DNA of 64,000 bases from Curvularia clavata (lineage: Eukaryota), in contig CP089274.1 of NCBI GenBank assembly GCA_023920165.1, forward strand, positions 4,650,001-4,714,000, in the 5' to 3' direction. A program made the position numbers and the translations under genes. The notes under the pieces are model-generated. The model did not search any database, was not told the origin of the DNA, and saw nothing but the letters and a program-made list of their open reading frames with translations. Below are positions 12,701 through 22,446 of the stretch, piece by piece. Each line of letters starts with the position of its first letter. Position 1 is the first letter of the stretch.

Positions 12701-14319
12701 GCCATCTGCAACCACACAAAGCTAATTGCGTGCCTTTAGACCCATATCCTGTAGACGATGAGAACGACATGGATGAATCCCCGCCCCCAGCTTCACGCCC
12801 TGAATATTCTCGTCGCAAATCCAAGCGCGATTCAGCACAGCAGCCTGAGCCGTTGACTGCGCCACCCAGTGCAGACGATCCTATGGTTGCTGACCCAACG
12901 GAGATGGACCCTGCTCCAGCTGAAGCTGAGCGACCCCGCCGTGAACGGGACCGTGAGCGACCTCGTCGTGCGCGCGGCAACTCGGACGCCATGGCCACAC
13001 TTGCCGGTGTTGCAGGCACTGCTGCTGCTGTGAAAGGCTTCAAAGGTATGTTTGGGCTCGGTCGCAAGAAGGCGGCTGCACCGGAAGAGGCGCCTCGCGA
13101 ACGCCGTCGCACCGCCTACGAGACCGAGGATGAACGCAGACATCGCAAACGGTCTACCACACGCGGGGCCGTTACTGAAGACGAAGCCAAACGACTTCGT
13201 CACGAGCGTCGCGGTCTGCGCAACCCGCGCGGTCCGGAGGGTGAAGACGTCATGATGTCTGGTGCCAATGGCGGCGGAAACGGCAGCGCCGATTACGACG
13301 CCGAGCGAGAGGCAAGACGGGCTGAGCGAAGGGCAAAGCGCGAGGCAGAGAAGGAGTCTCGTCGAGCCGAACTCGAAGAGGCAGAGGCCAAGGCTGAGCG
13401 TCGTCGTGAGCGTGAGCGTGAAAACGAGCGCGCAACTCTCGCAGAGAAGAAGGCTCGCCAGATGGCCGAGTTAGAACGCCGCAACAAAGAAGCCGAAGAG
13501 CAACTGCGTCGCATGGCAGATAAAGAAGAACGACGAAAGGCAAGAGGCGAGCGCAAACTGACTGATGAGCGCGACCGTGAAAAGCGTTCATCACGTCGCA
13601 AAGACAAGACCCGGGACGAGGACCGCGTAAAGTCAGAGCGTCGCCGAACATACATGGACGATGACGAGGATCGTCGCCGTCGTCATGAAGAGCGCCGTGC
13701 TGCCCGGCGAAACTCTGAATATCCCGTACAAGCCAGCGGCGAGCCCATTACCGACTACTTTGACGAGCGCAACGGCAACGCCCACAAATCCAAACACCGC
13801 AGTTCTCGTCAAGCTCGGGAAGAAGACGAAGAGGAGAATATGCCGTACCTACACAACAAGAGCGGCGACAAGACATCGTCCTGGGTAGAATCTCTCTCCA
13901 ACGAGCCACCCCTACCACCCCCTATCTCCGAAACCGTCCTCGACCCCGCCCCAGGTGCCAACGAAGACCTTGACGACGAAGAAGAAACACAATCCCAAGA
14001 CGAAGACATCCGCCTGCGCATCGCCGGCCGTCGCGGCCCCAAACGCGACAAAGAGCGCGCCGAGCGCCGCAAAGCAGAAGACCGCGAACGCGAGCGCGAC
14101 CGAACTTACAAGCACAGCCGTCGTGCAAGCAATTATGAGACTATGAAGCCCATGGATGACGAACGTGACCGCAAGAGAAACGCAAGACGCACGAGCTACG
14201 CTCCAGCGTATGAAGAGCCGCCAGTCAGGACGTGGGATGGCAGACCGGCGGTGGATGGCAGTGCACCGCCGCCCGCTGTTAAGAGGGGAAGTTGGTTCAA
14301 GAAGATTGCGGGGTTCTAG
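6768..14319 (+). CDS. Very large (~2,420 aa) low-complexity, intrinsically disordered protein with EP/poly-Pro, E/A/R/K helical and Trp+poly-Lys repeats
   Basis: ATG at 6768. Introns 7065-7198 (GTATGG..CTAAC..TAG), 8030-8085 (GTTTGT..CTAAC..TAG) and probably 12653-12739 (GTAAGC..CTAAT..TAG) link ORFs 6702.., 7457.. and 8188..14319 in frame. Confidence 0.75.
11293..11511 (+). repeat. Internal coding direct repeat: VE(E/A)[19 protein letters not shown] twice, 153 bp apart
   Basis: 11293-11358 and 11446-11511 encode near-identical peptides with mostly synonymous nucleotide differences. Confidence 0.85.
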
Positions 14320-15186
14320 ATTAAGTGTAGCGTTTTTGTTTCAGCGTCTTTTTGTCTGTTTTTTTTTCTGTGGAGGGAGGTTACTGAGCGTGCCTTTTCA
14401 CCTTCTTTCTTTCGAGCGAGTTTTATCTTTCGGGCTTTCCATGCTTTGACAACACGTGTATATGTTTTTTGAGATGTCGGAACGCAGTGTCCGAATGAGC
14501 GAACGAGTGTACGAGGGAAGAGGAGTGTTTGATGATGATTGCAAGCAGCATTGCATTGGCGTTTCTGGTTTTGCTTTTCTTTTCAACCCTCCGCTTATAT
14601 ACTTCTAGCCTTTGGCTTTGTTTACTTTAATCATGTATTGTTGTTACTCAGCTCCCTTCTTTTAATTGAGTTTTATGCTTGATGGCGAGATAGTGCACTT
14701 GTATTGCTTCTTCAATCGTTTGTTGTTGAGAATGTATACTCTGCTTGTTTACATGTTGTTTTCTCAATGTCCTTAGCCCGGTCTTGTACAGCTGATTAGG
14801 TTTGAGTCTGTATTGAGCTGTTCGAGAACGTGGAAAAATGTCTCCATTCCTCTAGCAAACTCACACATAGTCTCACTCGAACCAATGAACCAATTTCATG
14901 ACGATACAAAAGCATACTTTCATTTGCTCTAACAGCACGGTAGAAAATGAATTACAGTGGTCGTTTGGGGTCGTTGGTATATCAGATACCTGCCTATTGT
15001 TAACCCAGCCATGACGCCCTTATCGCCGAACCCATGCTAGTCCTCGACACTGTGCTCGAAAACCCCTATTGATAGCCCGTCCACCCCCCAAAACGGGCAT
15101 GTCGAAGATCTATGCCTTGTTGTGTATTTGTTTGTCGATCCATACAGTTTGTGTCAAAGAAAAAGAGGCCATTACAGGCCCATCCG

Positions 15187-16394
15187 TCACAGCTGTGCAG
15201 TCGCACCCTGGACAGCTTCTTGCAACTCCATGTCATCGTCGTCGTCGTCATCTTCCAACTCCTCATCTTCCTCCTCGAACCCAGTCTCCATCTTCAGCGC
15301 CTTCAATCTATCCTTCATCTCCTCTTTCTTCTCCGCCTGCCACCGCGCCAATGCTGCAGCAGAATGTACCTTGAAGCCAAAGACGCGAGGCTCGTACCGT
15401 CGTTGGGTTTTTGGAGGCAGCATCGCAGGGTAGACTTGGAAGAGGATGTTGTGGAAGGAAGTGCCAAAGTATGCGCCGTCGATGATGGCATGGCGTGAAG
15501 ATTTGGGGTTATAGAGATCTTCGCAGCGAGCGCAGTATAGCTTTACGGGGGAGGCGTTGGGTACGTCGGATTGGCCCATAGGAAGGAGGGGTTGCGACTC
15601 GCACATTACGCGCGGGCATTTGCCAAAGTCGGATTTCTTAAACTTTTCGAGCTGTTGCGCATTCCGTCAGTACGAGGGCCATGTTGGGCAACAAACGCGA
15701 ATGTAGCCAAGAGACATACCATCTTTGCCAGACCTCTAGTCGTGACAATGTACCTCGCGTGCACTAGACCGTACAGATGCCGCGCCGACTTCTCAATCTG
15801 TTCCCGCATATCATCGTCACAGTCAAAGTCGAAGACGTCGGTTACGAGGTCCAGCGCATATTGGTAGTACTGGACCTCGGTGTTCAGGCCCGTAAGGTTG
15901 AAGCGATCGGTGAGGTATTCTTCGTCGATCTCGCAAAAGTACTCGTTTCCTCGTGAGGATATGAACTAGGCGAATTGTTAACGTGGGTCTGAATATGTAC
16001 GTATCGCTTCTACATGTTGACGACGCCGCCAGTAGTCCAGCCACCAGCGAGACCTGAGGAGCATGAGCGGGTGCCACTCTGCTACGAAGTGATAACCCTC
16101 AAGTTGGTTGATAGGGTGAGTGCACTGGCGCGCCGCGAGGTAGCCTTTGACAGCGCAAGGGTTGCTAGTGCATAGTCAGAGGTGACCCCGCGGCGACGGA
16201 CGAGCAGATAAAGCGTACCATGCGAGCAACAGCTTTTTGTGCCACGAATACATGTCCTAGAGAATCATGGCTGGCGGCGTATGTCACGTAGCGAAAGTAA
16301 TCCCAGGGGCGACAGTACAGGAAGTTTGTATACCTACCCAATCTCGCCAGTAGCTTGTGTAGTCACTGTCCGTCTCGCTGTTGAAGTCGTCCAT
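15187..16394 (-). CDS. CKB2: Casein kinase II regulatory subunit beta-2; 3 exons (16338-16394, 15720-15965, 15187-15651)
   Basis: Spliced product MDDFNSETDSDYTSYWRDW|FISSRGNEYFCEIDEEYLTDRFNLTGL...LYGLVHARYI...|...FGKCPRVMC...KLYCARC...IDGAYFGTSF...YEPRVFGFK shows the CK2 beta signature and zinc ribbon. Confidence 0.95.
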
Positions 16395-16881
16395 GCTGCG
16401 CTTTCGGTGGCTGGCGTCGGAGGGGAGTGACAGGCGGTAGTATGTGTTGTTTTGTAGGGTGCGACCACCAACAAGGTGGGGCAGGTGCGATTAGACGTGA
16501 GCACAAGCACGGTTCCGAACGCGGTTGAGTGAATTGGGTGGGATGGGACGTTTCTCCGACCCGACCGCGCTAGTGCGCGACGTCTCGACCCTTAAGCGAC
16601 CCCGGACTCGCCCCACCAAGCTCGAGGTCGTTGATGCTAGACTACCTCTGATGTTGTGCGAGCTGGGAGTTCTAGGTGACATGTATCTGTTCAGTGGATT
16701 TGGGCTTTCCATTGAAGCAGGCGAAGATTTTTGGTAATAGCGGATACAATTAGCTCCAGTTCCTTTGTGCATACTGCTTATCACTCGAATCATGGTAATC
16801 AGGTTGCGGACTTGGAATAGCCTGGAGGAAATGATATCACTTCTATGCTGCAAAATAGTCTATCCAGCGTGGAGCTTCCAA

Positions 16882-18141
16882 TCAACCCCATTTGAGGTTG
16901 TTAATCGTTTGCAGGATATGTTGTGCCCCTAGAGCCTTGCAGCAGCCCTGTGAAGCAGGGCACTCTTGCTGTGCACCATGTAACTGTATCATCTCATCGG
17001 TCCAGGAGCGCCGGTCTTTATGCCATATCTCCTGCCTCATCTCACTCCTCTTCACTAGTTCAAGCAGAGGCTGCGGATTGCTTCCATTTCCGTACACCTC
17101 TGTCTTCAGGGCAGTCTTGACCAGACGCCTCCACTCGTTGGCCTCTAATTCAATGTTGAAACCCATCGGACAATCTAACGTTCCAGTATGTAAATGAGAC
17201 AAAGCAGGGTTGCGATCACCAATCCGATATGACTTTTTCTGCCCCGTTTCTTCGAGGCGAGCCGCTTCGTGATCCACTTCTACGAGCACCTTGTTGAAGC
17301 GTTCGACTATAGCCTTCATCAAAGACACGATGGACTGAACATTCTGAATAGCACTAAAGGGATCCTTGGGACATTGCGAGCAGCTGATGATGTCGGCCAG
17401 GGCGGACATGGCGTTTCTCAAGGGCAGGACGACTTGAGGGAAGTCGAATGATGTGATGGCTTGCAGCTCCGTAAGGGTCATCCATGTTTTTGTCAGACAG
17501 GTACATGTCCCTACATGTAACTGGCTTGATAGGGGTTCAAAGACGTTGCTGTGAGCTGCTAAATCAGGTTGTGGTTTCCACAGCGACGGATCAACTGCTG
17601 GCTCTGAACCAGGCCTGAGCTTCTTTAGCAGATGTCAAGGGTTCGTGGTCGGACGATACATACGCAAAATCAAAAGCAGTTGATATCTCGAATTGGTTGG
17701 GAAGACCCAGGTCGAATTGTCCCGGGGTAATGGCTTCATGTCCCGACGACTCATTTGATGAATAGTGATCTTGTAGAGACGACGGAGAGATCAGATTGTC
17801 ATAATCAGGATAGTTTGTCATATCAAAGGGATTGTTCGAAATGTCGACAAGTTCATCACGTCCTTGTACCAGCGTGCGAGCAGAATTGTTAGTCTCATCT
17901 TCCCGCCGTCTCTTTCTAGGTCGGCCCATCTGTTTCTGGGGCGAGTAGACGCAGTCTATCCGTTCTCTTTTGCAGCGCACGCATTTTGGCGAGTCGCCGG
18001 AGCACTTCAGCTTTCGCGTCCCTGGACGTTGTTGAGACGGGTACGACTAACGTGGGAGCCTGACTTGGGGTACTCACGGCACTCGTCGCAAGCTGCGTGA
18101 AGCTTCTCGGCTGCCTGCACTGATCCTTGTCGCGGTAACAT
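16882..18141 (-). CDS. Zn(II)2Cys6 transcription factor (short type); 3 exons
   Basis: MLPRQGSVQAAEKLHAACDEC|RTRKLKCSGDSPKCVRCKRERIDCVYSPQKQMGRP after removing intron 18022-18077. A second intron at about 17615-17663 joins to ORF 16882..17481. Confidence 0.88.
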
Positions 18142-19387
18142 GGGACGACGTCACGGGAAGTTGTTCGCGAAAAAATCAACTACTAACAGGCATCTGAGCA
18201 GGCCGAAATAGTGCTGTCGAGAGTTGTGGTTCTGCCCTTGACCCGCTAACTGCCAAGGCATGGTGAGGTAAGCCGCCTAACCCAACAATAATGGGAGAAG
18301 TGTTTCCACGTGTTTGCACATGCACATGGCCACAAAGAGCAGTGCCCCACTCAATAACGGCACCTGGATTGCACGCTGCCTGTCTACTTGTACATGATGA
18401 GCGCTGTGTATGCTCATGTGCTCATGGGCGGGGTTCTCAGAGAGCAAAGCAAGTCTGGCGAAGCAGCGAGGAGGGCTTGAATTCTAGATGATCATGTGGC
18501 CTGGGGCTGTCTGATTGAGCCAAGCCACGACAGCCAACTTCAAGTGCGTATCCGCGGCCGTGTAGGCTTGCAGGTGCATTTCCGTTCAGGGGGCCTCTGG
18601 TGGATACATAGAGCTGTAGATTCTAGACTCGAGATTGCTGTCCGCTGGAGATACAGGGTGACAGGTCATGGATGGGCAGACAGCACAGCCTTTGGACCGA
18701 CGCTGGGGCGCAAAAGGGAGGCGGCCCATGGCAGGGATCCTATTCGTGGGCGTACGTATCGATACATGAGAGGCCCGAGTACCATTGCGCTGGACGGGGA
18801 CGACAGCTCTGTTTCACCTGGCTGTTCACCGCTCTTGAAACGATTTGTGTCGTCGTCACACCGAGTCGCCCACGGTGCCCATTGCGCCTGGCCGCGCGCA
18901 GAGGCCGTCTCGTAAAGTGCCAATTACGAAGTAATCGATAGTCGGAACGACGAGAGCGCATGCCGCGCCTCCACCAATATGCGGTTGATAAAAAGGGCGC
19001 AGCAACTAAGCCTCGCTGTGGGTGTGGGACAGGCCGCCTTCTTTTCCGTGGTAGGCTGGTTTTTGGCACGGTACAGTGGCCTCCACAGGTTTCAGCGCAA
19101 GCTAACATGGGGCCCCATGTCATCGTCTGCGCGCCCTACGGCTGAAGGCACACAAAAGCTGATGCCTAAAATTCGAGCGCGCGGTGCGTCCTGGGCGGCC
19201 TTCGAGACGGGCGCACACAACGCCCAAGAGGATGCAGAGAGGCTCAAGGAAGCCAAACAGGATGCGCGGGTCCTCGCAACCATAATCGCTCCCGGTGTCT
19301 ATCGAGTCCGTCGAGTCCGGTGTCGAAAAGCGAGCTTCCGTTAGCCAAGTTAGGTTACGGCTGATGACGGGGATTGGGTTGTTACAT

Positions 19388-19396
19388 ATGAGTCAT
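19388..19396. promoter_or_regulatory. Perfect Gcn4/CpcA response element (ATGAGTCAT) in the cpcA promoter; likely autoregulatory
   Basis: Exact 9-mer ATGAGTCAT just upstream of an AT-rich TTTTTAAAAA element (19423-19432) and a CT-rich initiation region. Autoregulation through such elements is established for Aspergillus cpcA. Confidence 0.75.
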
Positions 19397-19519
19397 CGGC
19401 TAGCTGCATCTCGCTTCTCACCTTTTTAAAAATCCCCCACCTGCCTCGTTGCCTGGACTTCTCTTCTCCTCCTTATCCTCGCTACACCATACTACAAACA
19501 CAACAAGACAGTCACAATC

Positions 19520-19534
19520 ATGGCTGCCTTTTAG
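19520..19534 (+). promoter_or_regulatory. uORF1 of cpcA (MAAF*)
   Basis: ATG GCT GCC TTT TAG in good context (ATCATGG). Its position matches the short reinitiation-permissive uORF1 of GCN4/cpc-1. Confidence 0.85.
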
Positions 19535-19736
19535 CTTCCCCCGTCTCTCTCAGTCGACTCACAGCCGACACCTTGGATCCAACCATTATACCACACACTC
19601 CCACCATTTCTACCACTCCCTCAGAGTCTTCCTTCTCGGAACCTCTGAACTCAAGTCTAGCTTCGTGCAGCTTTAGTTCGCCGTCTTCCTCCCCGTTCGA
19701 CTTCACGTCGTCCACCACGGCTTCCCAACAGTCAAC

Positions 19737-19898
19737 ATGGCTTTCCTCACCAGCTCCCCACGCCTATCGGCAACCATTGAATACGAGTCAACCCGCATTC
19801 GCACATCGTCAGTCGGACTTTGTCCTCTACGATCAGCCAGCTCCCGTCTCCCAGCGGCCTCAGCAGCGACAGCCCAACGCTCCTCGGCATACGTTTAA
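19737..19898 (+). promoter_or_regulatory. uORF2 of cpcA (53 codons, inhibitory type)
   Basis: AACATGG at 19737 reads MAFLTSSPRLSATIEYES...SSAYV to TAA at 19896-19898, out of frame with the main ORF. Confidence 0.85.
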
Positions 19899-20037
19899 CA
19901 ACGGCCAGCACTTTTACGCAAATTCTGCCCCGTCATCCACGACAGAATTCCAGCAGCCTCCGTTACGCCAGCGTCCTCCAGTCCCCCTGTTTTCCAGCTC
20001 TAGCAACACCACTCCCCAACTGCACAACGCCACAAAC

Positions 20038-20817
20038 ATGGCAGGTACGCTGCATGCTTCTCGCCCTCGAGGCTCCGAGCTCACCATGCCCGCAGATTTG
20101 AACAGCAACAACTCCTTCGACTCGGGCGCAAGCCTGATGTCCAACTTCAACAACGGAGGCTTTTCTCTGGACCAGGTGTCCGCATTCACGGCTATCAACG
20201 ATCCTTCTGTTGCTGCCGGGTCTACGCGCACCGTGTCCCCCAAGGACATCTTTAGTGATGCCTTTGGGTCTGCGCCTCCATCGACGGCGTTTACAAACTT
20301 GACCTCGCCCGACGTCGGCGACTCTCCTTTCTTCAACGATAGCTTCGAGTGCTCTCCCATGTTCAACGGAGAGCACAACATGACCGATACAAGCGACTGG
20401 TTCCCTCTGTTCCCGGAGCAGGAGACCAAGGTCTCTGACAACGCCTATGTGCCTGCCATCTCCATGCCTTTGGAGCGCACCGTCAGCAGCCAGTCTATGG
20501 AGCGATCTGGTTCTTCCAGCACTGGCTCTCCTATTGTTCTCGACAGCTACACGCGAAGGAAGTCGTCCGTCACAAACTCTCCTGCTATCAACGGTGTCAG
20601 CAAGTCTCGTCGACGAAAGGGTCCTCTACCCAGCATCACGGTAGACCCCAACGACAAGGTCGCCCTCAAGCGAGCACGCAACACGCTTGCTGCTCGTGAG
20701 TCTCGTCAGCGCAAGTTTGATCATGTCACCACCCTCGAGCAGCGCAACTCTGAGCTGCTGGCCGAGGTTGAAAAGTGGAAGAGCATTGCTATTGCTCATG
20801 GATACAGTGGACAGTGA
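20038..20817 (+). CDS. cpcA: Cross-pathway control bZIP transcription factor (Gcn4/CpcA/CPC-1); AUG at 20038, intron 20045-20095
   Basis: C-terminal bZIP DKVALKRARNTLAARESRQRK...LEQRNSELLAEVEKWK, activation motifs TVSPKD, SAPPSTAFTNLTSP and WFPLF, and the two-uORF leader. Confidence 0.95.
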   Translation: MAGTLHASRPRGSELTMPADLNSNNSFDSGASLMSNFNNGGFSLDQVSAFTAINDPSVAAGSTRTVSPKDIFSDAFGSAPPSTAFTNLTSPDVGDSPFFNDSFECSPMFNGEHNMTDTSDWFPLFPEQETKVSDNAYVPAISMPLERTVSSQSMERSGSSSTGSPIVLDSYTRRKSSVTNSPAINGVSKSRRRKGPLPSITVDPNDKVALKRARNTLAARESRQRKFDHVTTLEQRNSELLAEVEKWKSIAIAHGYSGQ

Positions 20818-22446
20818 ATGTCCTCGTCTTTTCTCCTATGGTCCCCCAGTGGTCGTAAGGAGCTGGTGAAGAACCAGCCCTGCCTTTCGGCAAAAGTTTT
20901 CCTTTCTCATCGCTTTGATCGGCTTTTCCTCTTTGCTTCTTCTGCCATCGCCTCGTCCTTGGTTCGTGTTTACGCGCTTTGATCTTAGATTGTTTTCGCC
21001 AGTGTGCAGTCTCCCCGATGTGGTTTTAGATTGACTCCGCTTGGCGTCAGTGGTAATGTGTTGCTGACGACGTTTGTCTACAATGGTTTTGCGAGTGAGA
21101 GTCTTGAGATAGTCTTCTTATAAAAACCTGCTCTTCATTAATGACTCCTTCTCTGAGTGCGATCCATGGGTGATGCCTGATGTTGTATGACTCTTCAATG
21201 GCGTATAATTGTGGTGACATGCGAGTGCCGAGTCATATCGAATCATCTTGCAAAAGCTCGCCATAAATTATGAGCCATAGCATGACGCATGGTTAGTAAC
21301 ATGTCTCACAGCTCAGTCTATCGACGTGCTATGAAACACGGTGCTTATTGCTGTTGCGAATCCGCAGTGGCGACCCGACGTGCTCATCTAAAGTCATTTT
21401 ACCTCAACCTTAACCATGTATCAACAAATCATCTCGCGCCCAACTCTGGGTGAGAATCTCATGTCGCCCTTCTTTCGCTATTCCGATATCGATAAAACCT
21501 GATTCTAGAGTTTGCTGTCGGATGGCATAGCGGGCTTTGAGTAACTTTGCCACTGTGTCTTGCTCCTGTAGACTCATAGTGTGCGAAAGCGAAGAGATTC
21601 TGGGATGTGCTAGATGAGTCTTATGTGGGACTTCTTGGATGTGTAAAATTAGACACAGTCTGGTGGGAAGACTAATATTCTGATATTAAAGCACAAGGTA
21701 ATAGAGCAATGGTGCAGAAAGCCGTTCATCACTCTCGTGCTCGGCACGCCTTCGCACCACGGACATTCATTACCACAACTCTCGCCTTCACTGATCCTCC
21801 GACACAACCCACTTCACCTTGTCGTAACACACAGCACTCTGACCAAGCAATCCTCCCCTCCTAATAGTTGGGTGGTCTCCTAGCACGAAGCAAAAAGAAA
21901 TCATAATTGCTACGAGTGATATGAAACCTCCAACTCGCTATGAGTGCATCCAATTATTGGGCTGAGAGGATTGATTGATTGCCGGAACTGTCAGGGTTGA
22001 AAAAAAATATTCATTAGATGCTAATAGGTGATAGGGATAAAATAGTGCATTGAAAGATGCTAACAGATCGAAGAGGACTGATGAGAGTACACAAATTCTA
22101 ATTTAGAGGAGGAAAATGCTTGGGAGAACTGCTAAATTTTGGGGTTGATTTCATTTCTGGCATTTGTTTTCATTTTCAGTAGATCTAGACCTGACAAATA
22201 CCCTCTCTCACTCCCACTCTCACTCTCACAGCACAAGCCTATGCCGATCCATGTGCGCCTATCAGCCGCCAAGTTGTCTTACTTGTGAAAGCGTATCTAT
22301 GTATACCTTCATTTACGTCATATCGTGCGCTATTTTTCTCTATTGGAAGCTTTTAGTGAGCAAACGGCCACTGTGGGCGTTTGCTCAGAGCGCGTAGCGT
22401 AGGCGGAAGTGAGAGAAATTGCGCCATATGAGGTCACGCCCACAGG

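Noticed and set aside
19573..20037. Treating the 414-aa ORF-track product as a conventional AUG-initiated CpcA
   Set aside because: 19573 is TTG, and the first in-frame AUG is at 20038. The upstream part is handled as a non-AUG extension.
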